Below, in pieces: positions 25,076 to 32,663 of a stretch of 34,615 nt of DNA. The DNA lies in IMG/VR virus record IMGVR_UViG_3300031418_000062; one strand, 5' to 3'. Made by a program: the position numbers and the translations under genes. The notes under the pieces are model-generated. The model saw only the letters and a list, made by a program, of their open reading frames with translations, did no database searches and had not been told where the DNA came from. Position 1 is the stretch's first letter. Every line of letters starts with the position of its first letter. Source of the DNA: a virus.

Positions 25076-25527
25076 AAACCGTTCTTATGATGCCGCGCCG
25101 CTTCGGCCGGACCGCGATCGCGCGCGCGCTGCGCGCCACCGGCGACGACCAGCTGACGCCCGAGCAGTACCGGGCGCTGTTTCAAGGCGAATTCTCGATC
25201 GAGGCCAAGGACCGCGAACTGGTGGCCCTGGCCGAGGAGTACGACCGCCGCACCGAGCTATACGACCGCACGGTCTGCACCGGCCCGATCGGACCGGATG
25301 GGATCATGCCGGCGACGCCGGCCGAGCTCGCGGCGATCAACAGGCACGCCGACCAGGTGCGGCGCGAGCTGGTCGACCGCGCGATGCGCGCCGGCTTCAC
25401 CGCGGCGCAGTTCAAGGAAGCGATGATGCACCAGGTGCGGCAAGGCCCCGCGGCCGTGGCCGCGCAGGCGGCGCGCCAGGATCGCCCCCCGACCTGGATC
25501 GGGATGGACTTCGGGAAGGAGGCGTAA
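25072..25527 (+). CDS. Hypothetical protein (151 aa)
   Basis: Translationally coupled at both ends (ATGA at 25072, TAATG at 25525-25529) with high GC3. No recognisable motif. Confidence 0.55.
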   Translation: MKTVLMMPRRFGRTAIARALRATGDDQLTPEQYRALFQGEFSIEAKDRELVALAEEYDRRTELYDRTVCTGPIGPDGIMPATPAELAAINRHADQVRRELVDRAMRAGFTAAQFKEAMMHQVRQGPAAVAAQAARQDRPPTWIGMDFGKEA

Positions 25528-26171
25528 TGCGACACCCGACCGCCACCAACAACCTGGACATCATCACCGGAGGCCTGCTGATCGGCTACGCCCGGGTGTC
25601 CACGGTCGACCAGAACCTGGACCTGCAGCGGGACGCCCTGCAGCGCGCCGGGTGCGGCCAGATCTATGAGGACAAGGCCAGCGGCCGCGCGAAGTCGGGC
25701 CGGCCCGAGCTGGCGGCCGTGCTGCGCGCGCTGCGCGCCGGCGACACCCTGGTGGTCTGGCGCCTGGACCGCCTGGCGCGATCGCTGGTCGACCTGGTGC
25801 AGATCATCAACGAGCTGGGAGAAAAGGGGATTGGCTTCAAGAGCCTGACGGAACAGATCGACACCTCGAGCGTGCAAGGCCGGTTGTTCCTGGGCGTGTT
25901 CGCAGCCATGGCGCAGTATCAGCGCGACGTCATCCACGAAAACACGATGGAGGGATTGAAGGCAGCTCGAGCACGCGGTCGCATGGGCGGCCGGCGGTCG
26001 AAGCTGGGAGAACAGGAGATCCGGGAGATCGAGGCGCTGTTGAAGGATCCGCAGATCACCGTGGTGGACGTGGCCAAGCGCTACGGGGTGAGCCGGGCCA
26101 CCATTTACAACGCCCTGGGGAAGAAACAGCCTACCGCACAGCTCGCACTACCGAGTGGCAATAGCCAATGA
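25527..26171 (+). CDS. Small serine recombinase (resolvase/invertase family)
   Basis: IGYARVSTVDQNLDLQRDAL (catalytic Ser motif), LVVWRLDRLARS and a C-terminal HTH (VAKRYGVSRATIYNAL). At 214 aa it is the size of a Tn3/Hin-class enzyme, not a large serine integrase. Confidence 0.93.
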   Translation: MRHPTATNNLDIITGGLLIGYARVSTVDQNLDLQRDALQRAGCGQIYEDKASGRAKSGRPELAAVLRALRAGDTLVVWRLDRLARSLVDLVQIINELGEKGIGFKSLTEQIDTSSVQGRLFLGVFAAMAQYQRDVIHENTMEGLKAARARGRMGGRRSKLGEQEIREIEALLKDPQITVVDVAKRYGVSRATIYNALGKKQPTAQLALPSGNSQ

Positions 26172-26778
26172 TCTGCAGCCGGTCCCGATCGGCGGCCGGC
26201 ACAACCTCCGCGACATAGCCCGGGCTATCGCACGACATACGCAGCGATCCATCCACCATGTGCTGGATCCTGCGGAAATAAGCATGGGTATCATCGAAGC
26301 GCACCAGGTAAAGCCCATCTGCAGACTGCTGAGCGCAATTCACCAGGACCACGTGCCCTTCGGGTAGCGTGTCCGCCATAGCATCCCCCACCACCCGCAC
26401 GGCGATAACGTCACCAGCTTCCAGTCGCTCCTGGTCAAGCCATTGCCGCGGCACGTACCAGGATTGTTCCTCGAACGCCTTCGGCCAGTCCATCGCATCC
26501 AATAATGGCACCTCGACCATGTGGGCCGGGATCGGGGCCGGCGCCGCGCCGCCGGCTTCCTTTGTGCCCCTTCCCAGAATCAGCCAGTCCAGGCTGATAT
26601 TCCGATCGAGCGCAAAAATGACGCATTCGTCATAGGGGATTGAGCCCCGATTCTTTAGCACGCTGATAAAGCCGCGCGACCCACCAAGCACCTCGGATAA
26701 CTCTTTGTCTAATTGGATGCCAAGCACAGTTTTCATTCTGTCGATTATGTCTGTTACGGATGGCTTATTTTGTTCCAT
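26131..26778 (-). CDS. cI: CI-like immunity repressor: N-terminal HTH plus a degenerate S24 (LexA/CI/UmuD-type) C-terminal domain
   Basis: The N-terminus LGIQLDKELSEVLGGSRGFISVLKNRGSIP is HTH-like. The C-terminus aligns with the S24 fold but reads GDAM instead of G(D/N/M)SM, and AYFRRI instead of FTVKKL. The 3' end overlaps the recombinase gene by 41 nt. Confidence 0.85.
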   Translation of the reverse strand: MEQNKPSVTDIIDRMKTVLGIQLDKELSEVLGGSRGFISVLKNRGSIPYDECVIFALDRNISLDWLILGRGTKEAGGAAPAPIPAHMVEVPLLDAMDWPKAFEEQSWYVPRQWLDQERLEAGDVIAVRVVGDAMADTLPEGHVVLVNCAQQSADGLYLVRFDDTHAYFRRIQHMVDGSLRMSCDSPGYVAEVVPAADRDRLQIIGYCHSVVRAVR

Positions 26779-27156
26779 TTTTGAGCTTTACATTGCAAAA
26801 GGTTGTCCGAAGTTGCTGCGCGGAACCGGAGTAGAGCGTACAATTTACGGAGCGCAATGTTGGCTTACAAAATGTTACTTTTATTGTAATCACGCATTGC
26901 AAATTGTAGTTCTGACATCCACTTTCTTGCCATTTGTCACTGAGAAACACTGTACGGATATACAGTATTATTGAGCCTTACACAGTGATCGCGGTTGGCT
27001 GTTGAGAGTGGGAAACGACGCCGGTGCGCGAGGGGATTATCTACCGAACAGCATCTATCGCCTATGAAAAAGGCGTAACGGCATAGCAATAATGCCGCAA
27101 AGCAATAAAAGGAACGGTTTGGACTTGTCCGCCAGGGATCGCCAGGAATTACACAA
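26779..27156. promoter_or_regulatory. Immunity switch region (divergent promoters/operators), AT-rich relative to the genome
   Basis: 378 nt with no credible ORF. CATTGCAAA repeats at 26791 and 26895, with an inverted cattgcg at 26853-26859. Also the inverted repeat TTACAA/TTGTAA (26865-26889), cactgt/acagtg (26948/26982) and the LexA box. Confidence 0.6.
26950..26965. promoter_or_regulatory. LexA (SOS) box CTGT-N8-ACAG in the cI/ogr switch region
   Basis: cACTGTacggatatACAGTa matches 16 of 20 positions of the E. coli-type consensus TACTGTATATATATACAGTA, with both CTGT and ACAG arms perfect. Confidence 0.65.
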
Positions 27157-27414
27157 ATGAGCCTGAGAATTACAATCTGTTGCCCACATTGCGAATCGAA
27201 AGCAAACGCGCGCACCAGCAAGGCGCTTTCCGCTACCTTGAGGGAAATAGTTTACGTTTGTGTAGACCCTGAGTGCGGACATACCTACGTTGCGCAGCTT
27301 GAGGTGGTTCGTACTCTTTCGCCGTCGGCAAAACCTAAAAAAGACATCCGGCTCCCGATTTCGCCACACGTAATGGCGATGTTGAGAGAACAGCTGGAGT
27401 TATTACCCGCGTGA
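27157..27414 (+). CDS. ogr: Ogr/Delta-family zinc-finger late-gene activator
   Basis: CPHCESKANARTSKALS...REIVYVCVDPECGHTY has the CxxC...RTS...C....C pattern and spacing of P2 Ogr / P4 Delta. Confidence 0.85.
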   Translation: MSLRITICCPHCESKANARTSKALSATLREIVYVCVDPECGHTYVAQLEVVRTLSPSAKPKKDIRLPISPHVMAMLREQLELLPA

Positions 27415-27764
27415 TCGAAGAGAAACCTATGCACAAAGCCATGCAACCTAATCCGCTTTACACCCTTGCAATCGAATTTCTGCAGCAACACCAGGACGAG
27501 CATCTGACACCGGATCGCCCCCGCCTCATCGCCCGTTGCGCTTATCACCTGATCGACCGCGCGACGGCCAGCCTGGACGAAGCCACGGACGTGGCCCGGC
27601 AAGCCTTTGGCGAGCTGACGGCCGGCACCTGCCGCTCCTATATCAACCTTGACCTCACCACGAGTTACGCCCTCTTCATCAACGGCCCGGACGGCAAGAA
27701 GCGCTGCTACCCGCTGCCGGAAGTGCTGCGCGTGATTCGCCAGGCTGCGGCCGGCGCCCTGTAA
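27411..27764 (+). CDS. Hypothetical early protein (111-117 aa)
   Basis: ORF coupled to ogr (GTGA overlap; alternative ATG at 27429). No recognisable motif. Confidence 0.55.
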   Translation: MIEEKPMHKAMQPNPLYTLAIEFLQQHQDEHLTPDRPRLIARCAYHLIDRATASLDEATDVARQAFGELTAGTCRSYINLDLTTSYALFINGPDGKKRCYPLPEVLRVIRQAAAGAL

Positions 27765-27846
27765 TACCCAACCACGACTAGACCCTGCCGCAGCTGGAGA
27801 CGCTGCGGCAATACCACGTGGTGACGCCCGAGAAAGAGGTTGCAAG

Positions 27847-30624
27847 ATGGCTAATATTGACGAAGTAAAACGGATCGTAAACCCTCGGCTGCATGACCTG
27901 GCCTCCAGGCTCGGCATCAAGCAGGGAAAGGGTGGCGACGATGCGCTGTATCACTCGCCGCACCACCCCGACAAGAATCCCTCCCTGTCGATCTACATCG
28001 ACCATCCCAAGCACGGCACCGGCTGGAAGGACCACAGCGGCGACGCCGGCGGCTCCTGCATCGACATGGTGATGTTCACCCAGGGCTGCAGCGCCTCCGA
28101 TGCCCTGAAATACCTGCACCAGGAATACGCGATCCCCTTCGACACTCCGGATAAGCCGGCCCAGGAAAACAAGAGCATGGTCGAGTACATTGCCGACCGC
28201 TGCATCGCCGCCCGCGAGAAGGTGCGGGACTACCTGCAGGGCCGCGCGATCGGCGCCGGCGCGATCGATGCCGCGCTGCGCGCCAAGACCCTGGGATTCA
28301 ACGAATGGACCAGCCCGAAGAAACAACCAGGTGAGGTGGGCTATGGCGGCCCGGCTGCGGCCTTCATCGTGCGCTCGCCCGACACCAGCCAAGTGGTGGC
28401 CGTCGACATGCGCTTCCTGGATCCGGCCCAGAATGGCGACGTCAAGACGCAGGCCCAGGGCGAGAAGGACGGCTACTACTGGACCGCCGACCCCCGCAAG
28501 CTCGAGCGCGCCCAGCGCGTGTACGTGGTCGAAAGCCCGATCAACGCCCTGTCGATCGACACCTGCAGCATCCCCAAGACTGCAGCGATCGCCCTCCGCG
28601 GCCTCAGCAACGCGTCGACCATCGACCTGGCCTTCCTGCAGGGCAAACAGGTGGTGATCTGCATGGACAACGACGAGCCCTTCCCGGACGGCCACCAGCG
28701 CGCCGGCCAGCGTCCCGGCCCAGAGGCCGCCTGGATCCTGTACGAGCGCCTGACCGCCATCAACATCAGCGCAGTCCTGGTCGACCAGGAGGAGTGGGAC
28801 AAGGTTGAAGGCGACGAGAACGGCGGCAAGCCGATCAACGACGTGAACGACTACCTGCAGGCGCGCGGCGCGCAGAAGCTGGCCAAGGCCCTGGACACCT
28901 ACGAGACCTGGCTGATCGCCGGCATGGCCGGCAACGTCTCGCGCAAGGGCCGGGCGCGCGTCTACCTGCCAGCACACGATTACGCCCAATACTGGAAATT
29001 CCGGCCGCACCTGGACTTCACCAAGTACATCGCCAGGATGGACGAAAACAAGGAAACCGGCGACGAGACCCCGATCTACCACGACCTGTGCGGTTTCCGG
29101 GTCGCATCCCTGAGCCGGGTATCGGTCGCCAGCTCGACCGCCACCATGACCGGCGATCGGGACCACTCCCCTACCGTGTACTTTTCCGTGACGGTCCAAG
29201 TTCCCCGCCACGGCCCCGAGCTGGTCCGCAAGGTCCTGATGGACGACCAGCTGCACAACACGAACACCTGGACGAAGTTCGGCCCGATCTGGAAGCCGGC
29301 CGAATTCTCGCGCATGGTGAGCATCCTCGAGCGCACCGCGGATCTCGGCGCACGCAAGGCCGCCAACTTCGTGGGCCTGGCCTGGCTCGACGGCCGCCTG
29401 GCTGTCAACGAGGGGCCGGACTGCTATTTCACCGAAGCCGAGAAGCAATGCACGTATCACAACCTGACGTTCCCTTCCGGGCCGACCGCGAACGCGCGCA
29501 GGGTCATCAAAGCGTATCAGGCCACCTACACCAGCAACGCCGGCGCGATCCCCCTGGTCTGGGCACTCGGCGGCCACCTCAAGGCCTTCCTGGGATTCTG
29601 GCCACACATCACGATGCAGGCCGACAAGGGCGCCGGCAAGTCCACCCTGGTGAAGCGCCTCGAGCGCTCCCTGGCCTTCACCATGTTCTCGGGCCAGAGC
29701 CTGCAGACGGAATTCCGCCTGATGACCAGCATCAGCTACACCAGCCATCCGGTTGGCTGGGAGGAGCTGAGCGCCCGCCGCACCGACGTGATCGACAAGG
29801 CCGTGGCGATCCTGCAGGAGTCGTATCAGTACACCACTACCAAGCGCGGCTCCGAAATGACCGAGTTCCTGCTGTGCGCGCCGGTGATGCTGGCCGGCGA
29901 GGACGTGCCCGTTAAGAGCCTCACCGGCAAGGTGGTCCGGACGGATCTGACCAACAAGGCCAACGGCTTCATGGCCGACGACCTGCCCCACTTCCCAGTG
30001 CGCCAGTGGCTGGAATTCCTGACCAAGCTCGACAAGGCCACCGTGCTGGAGAAGTACGCCGGGCTGCGCGAGTACTGCCTGAAAAACAGCCGCGCCGGCG
30101 GCGACGACAGCGGCGCCAGGCGCATGGCCGGCAACTACGCGGCCGTGCTGCTGGCCTGGGGACTCCTGGCCGAGTTCGCCGGCATGGACTATTCCGAAGG
30201 TGCATTCGGCAAGGACCTCCTGGCCGAGATGAACGCCCATATTTCGGAGACCAGCAGCGACCGCTCGCCGTGGGTCTGGATCATGGAAACGGCGCTGTCC
30301 GAGATCGACGCCAGCAACTTCAAGCACCCGTACAAGTTCGAAGTGGTGGACGGCAAGGATTGCCTGCTGGTGCGGCCGCAGCACATCATGGACCACCTGT
30401 CGAGCTCCTCGAGCCTGCGCGAGAAGTGGAATTCTCTGCCGGTCAAGACCGCTGCAGTGTTCAAGCGTCAGATGATGTCGGCCGGGATCCTGTTGCTGGA
30501 CGAAGCCGGGAAGCCCAAGGAACTGGAGCGGACCATTTTGATGCGCCGCGTTGGCCACCTCTCCGCGATCCCGCTCGAGGCCTTGAACAACTTCGGCCTG
30601 TCGGTCGGCTGGCGGAACGAGTAG
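27847..30624 (+). CDS. Bifunctional primase-helicase-like replication protein (degenerate zinc-finger region, toprim domain, P-loop NTPase)
   Basis: 925 aa. Toprim motifs VYVVESPINALS and VVICMDNDEP, and Walker A ADKGAGKST. The overall layout resembles P4 alpha / DUF927-type phage-plasmid primase-helicases. Confidence 0.85.
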   Translation: MANIDEVKRIVNPRLHDLASRLGIKQGKGGDDALYHSPHHPDKNPSLSIYIDHPKHGTGWKDHSGDAGGSCIDMVMFTQGCSASDALKYLHQEYAIPFDTPDKPAQENKSMVEYIADRCIAAREKVRDYLQGRAIGAGAIDAALRAKTLGFNEWTSPKKQPGEVGYGGPAAAFIVRSPDTSQVVAVDMRFLDPAQNGDVKTQAQGEKDGYYWTADPRKLERAQRVYVVESPINALSIDTCSIPKTAAIALRGLSNASTIDLAFLQGKQVVICMDNDEPFPDGHQRAGQRPGPEAAWILYERLTAINISAVLVDQEEWDKVEGDENGGKPINDVNDYLQARGAQKLAKALDTYETWLIAGMAGNVSRKGRARVYLPAHDYAQYWKFRPHLDFTKYIARMDENKETGDETPIYHDLCGFRVASLSRVSVASSTATMTGDRDHSPTVYFSVTVQVPRHGPELVRKVLMDDQLHNTNTWTKFGPIWKPAEFSRMVSILERTADLGARKAANFVGLAWLDGRLAVNEGPDCYFTEAEKQCTYHNLTFPSGPTANARRVIKAYQATYTSNAGAIPLVWALGGHLKAFLGFWPHITMQADKGAGKSTLVKRLERSLAFTMFSGQSLQTEFRLMTSISYTSHPVGWEELSARRTDVIDKAVAILQESYQYTTTKRGSEMTEFLLCAPVMLAGEDVPVKSLTGKVVRTDLTNKANGFMADDLPHFPVRQWLEFLTKLDKATVLEKYAGLREYCLKNSRAGGDDSGARRMAGNYAAVLLAWGLLAEFAGMDYSEGAFGKDLLAEMNAHISETSSDRSPWVWIMETALSEIDASNFKHPYKFEVVDGKDCLLVRPQHIMDHLSSSSSLREKWNSLPVKTAAVFKRQMMSAGILLLDEAGKPKELERTILMRRVGHLSAIPLEALNNFGLSVGWRNE

Positions 30625-30725
30625 CGCGCCGGCCGGCGCCGACCTGGTGGGCCAGCTGCTGCAGCGGCTCACCAGGTCGACGGCCAGCTGCTCGAGCTCG
30701 AGGCGATCGCCGTCGAGTCGGATGC
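30622..30725 (+). repeat. Dispersed palindrome-rich element, copy C (starts at the primase-helicase stop codon)
   Basis: TAGCGCGCCGGCCGGCGCCgacctggtgggccagctgctgcagcgg ctcaccaggtcgacggccagctgctcgagctcgaggcgatcgcc. Both sub-motifs of the 138-bp unit are present, in the reverse-complement orientation. Confidence 0.85.
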
Positions 30726-30874
30726 GGGACACATAGGAAATTTATTGCACCGCCATAAACGCGTGGGTGCAAATGTTGGCGATAATACAGCGGCCGCCTT
30801 GCGCGGCCCGCTTCACTGAATATGCTGCCAGGCCGCCCTGGTGGCTCCCCGACAGTTGCTGCATAGGCGACTGT

Positions 30875-30902
30875 GATCACCTTTGTGGCCGCCTCGCGCG
30901 GC
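30875..30902 (+). terminator. Rho-independent terminator of the early/replication operon
   Basis: gtggccgc ctcgc gcggccac followed by T7. Confidence 0.8.
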
Positions 30903-30910
30903 CACTTTTT

Positions 30911-31216
30911 TTACCTGTTCGCCTCGCGTTCCTCGGCCGCGATGAAGCGCGAGACCGCCAGCGCGAACGCTGCCGCACGGCTGAGGCCAAGCGCGGCGGC
31001 CTTGTTGTCCAGTGCCGCCAGGATATGCGCGTCGATCGTCAAGCTGATCGGCTTCTTTCTGCCGCCTTTCGGAATCAACGCCGGCGCCGGCGTCGACGTC
31101 GCACTCGGCTTAGCGTCCGGCGCGGCGCCGATGAGGGCCGCGACCTGATCTTCGGTTACGCCTGGCTTGAGCCCTGCCGGATTGCTACCTGGGCGGGGCA
31201 AGATTTTCGATACCAT
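30911..31216 (-). CDS. parG: Ribbon-helix-helix (ParG/CopG-like) partition adaptor / centromere-binding protein
   Basis: 101 aa immediately downstream of ParA. It has a disordered Pro/Ala-rich N-terminus and then KPISLTIDAHILAALDNKAAALGLSRAAAFALAVSRFI, an RHH pattern. Confidence 0.65.
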   Translation of the reverse strand: MVSKILPRPGSNPAGLKPGVTEDQVAALIGAAPDAKPSATSTPAPALIPKGGRKKPISLTIDAHILAALDNKAAALGLSRAAAFALAVSRFIAAEEREANR

Positions 31217-31250
31217 TTCTATATTCCTTTAATATCAACCTGATGTTGTG
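31217..31250. promoter_or_regulatory. TTCTATATTC + TAATATCAAC box between parA and parG
   Basis: ttctatattcctttaatatcaacctgatgttg parallels ttctatattcagttgatatcaacttactgtag upstream of parA. Confidence 0.5.
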
Positions 31251-31256
31251 TTGAGA

Positions 31257-31916
31257 CTACTTTGACCTGTCCGCGAATGCGCGAATGTCCTCGAGCAGGT
31301 TGTACATTTCGTTGCGGGCGTCCGGTGGTGCGCCCTTGAATTCGCTGATATGACGGCCGGCCGCGCTGGCATGGGAGAACGCCTTGCGATCGCCCAGCCT
31401 GCATTTGCTGATCTCAAAACCAAACTGAGACACATATTCAATCGACGCCTCGTTGTCGGCCTCTTGACCAGCTGGATCCGCCTTGTTCAGGAAAGCCAAC
31501 ACCTTGAAGTCTTTCACCTGCTGCATTTCCCGGGCCAGATTCACTGTATTTTCGAATGCCCACACATCGAACGAGCGTGGAGCAAACGGAAACACCATCA
31601 CGTCACACAGCGACAACGCGGCCCGCATCGCGCCTGAATCCTTTGCCCCCACGTCGATAACCACGTCATCGAAGTTCCCCGCCTGCAGGAGCACCTGGGC
31701 ACGCATGGACGGGCCATCCGTCAGCGGCACCGATGGGATCCCAGGCAAATCCGCCAGGATCCGGGCGGTAAGGGCCAGGTGCATGGAGGTCTGTTCATCG
31801 TCCCCATCGACCGCCCAAACCCTACGCCCGGCCAGGGACAAGCCGGTCACCAGTTGCACCGAGGTGGTGGACTTGCCAACGCCGCCCTTTTTATTCGCTA
31901 CTGCATAGATTGTCAT
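31257..31916 (-). CDS. parA: ParA-family partition ATPase (small, type Ib-like, no N-terminal HTH)
   Basis: The deviant Walker A AVANKKGGVGKSTT is at the extreme N-terminus. VWAVDGDDEQTS is also present. 219 aa. Confidence 0.9.
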   Translation of the reverse strand: MTIYAVANKKGGVGKSTTSVQLVTGLSLAGRRVWAVDGDDEQTSMHLALTARILADLPGIPSVPLTDGPSMRAQVLLQAGNFDDVVIDVGAKDSGAMRAALSLCDVMVFPFAPRSFDVWAFENTVNLAREMQQVKDFKVLAFLNKADPAGQEADNEASIEYVSQFGFEISKCRLGDRKAFSHASAAGRHISEFKGAPPDARNEMYNLLEDIRAFADRSK

Positions 31917-31951
31917 GTTGTGGCCTTTCGTTTATAGCGGTTCGATTGTAA

Positions 31952-31975
31952 TTCTATATTCAGTTGATATCAACT
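31952..31975. promoter_or_regulatory. TTCTATATTC + 14-bp palindrome AGTTGATATCAACT upstream of parA (operator/centromere candidate)
   Basis: A perfect palindrome at 31962-31975, located 46 nt upstream of the parA start. Confidence 0.55.
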
Positions 31976-31983
31976 TACTGTAG

Positions 31984-32343
31984 TTATGATTGCGTTTCAG
32001 TATTTTCGACCAGGATAGCCAATAGTTCACGCTGACGCGCCAGGGCCTCAGCGATCGCGTGGCGGACATGCATGACCTCGCCCTGCCGACCGTTGCCGTT
32101 CTCGATCTGGCGCGCGACCTCGGCGGCATCATCCAGGGTGAAGCGAGTCGCCAGCTGGGGCAGCTCGGGGCGTGGGTTGGTCGCTTCGCCTTCGACCACA
32201 TCGAAGGCCAGTGGCAGACCCTGGCATACCACCACATAGGCCTCGGGCAGCGGCGCGTCGAACAACGCGTCAAGGGTCATTTCGTAGCCGGTGATCGCGG
32301 CGCGGGTTTTCTCCAGCATGTTGTTCCAATCGGTCATGTTCAT
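31984..32343 (-). CDS. Hypothetical protein (119 aa) upstream of parA
   Basis: ORF with high GC3, co-oriented with parA/parG. No recognisable motif. Confidence 0.55.
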   Translation of the reverse strand: MNMTDWNNMLEKTRAAITGYEMTLDALFDAPLPEAYVVVCQGLPLAFDVVEGEATNPRPELPQLATRFTLDDAAEVARQIENGNGRQGEVMHVRHAIAEALARQRELLAILVENTETQS

Positions 32344-32421
32344 TTTGTTCCCTGGTGGTATGCCTGCAGCTCCGCAGGCGTGATTGTCAATATTGCAAAT
32401 TCGGTGAACGGCTCAGCCGGT

Positions 32422-32628
32422 CTATCGGCGCGCCGGAAGCGATCGCAAGTGCATCAAGGCCGCTTTCTCGCACTCGCGCAGCGTGTCGGCCTGGCCGGCT
32501 GCAGCGCCGCGCACCCATACGAACGGATTCGGCTCGCCGGCGACGATCGAGCGCCGGATCTCAAATTCCGCTGCAACGGTAGGATGCAACGGGGTGATGC
32601 GGGTGTAGACCGCTGGCACATGGCACAT
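32422..32628 (-). CDS. Hypothetical protein (66-68 aa)
   Basis: ORF with aaaggaaaa 4-5 nt upstream of tandem ATGs and good GC3 bias. It is short, so weakly supported. Confidence 0.35.
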   Translation of the reverse strand: MCHVPAVYTRITPLHPTVAAEFEIRRSIVAGEPNPFVWVRGAAAGQADTLRECEKAALMHLRSLPARR

Positions 32629-32663
32629 GGTTTTCCTTTCGTTCTGGACTTGATGCGCTGATT

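Noticed and set aside
27092-27160. 22-codon upstream ORF (MPQSNKRNGLDLSARDRQELHK) whose stop overlaps the ogr start (ATGA).
   Set aside because: It has no Shine-Dalgarno sequence and cannot be assessed for conservation. It could be a leader peptide but is unsupported from sequence alone.
26705-27221. ORFs 26705-26974 (+) and 26937-27221 (-) in the switch region, considered as cro/cox-like candidates.
   Set aside because: The first starts inside cI on the opposite strand. Both are Cys/Phe/Leu-rich with no HTH pattern and have AT-rich non-coding character.
27778-30732. 984-aa minus-strand ORF opposite the primase-helicase gene.
   Set aside because: It is a shadow ORF. The plus-strand protein has toprim and Walker A motifs, and the minus-strand translation has none.
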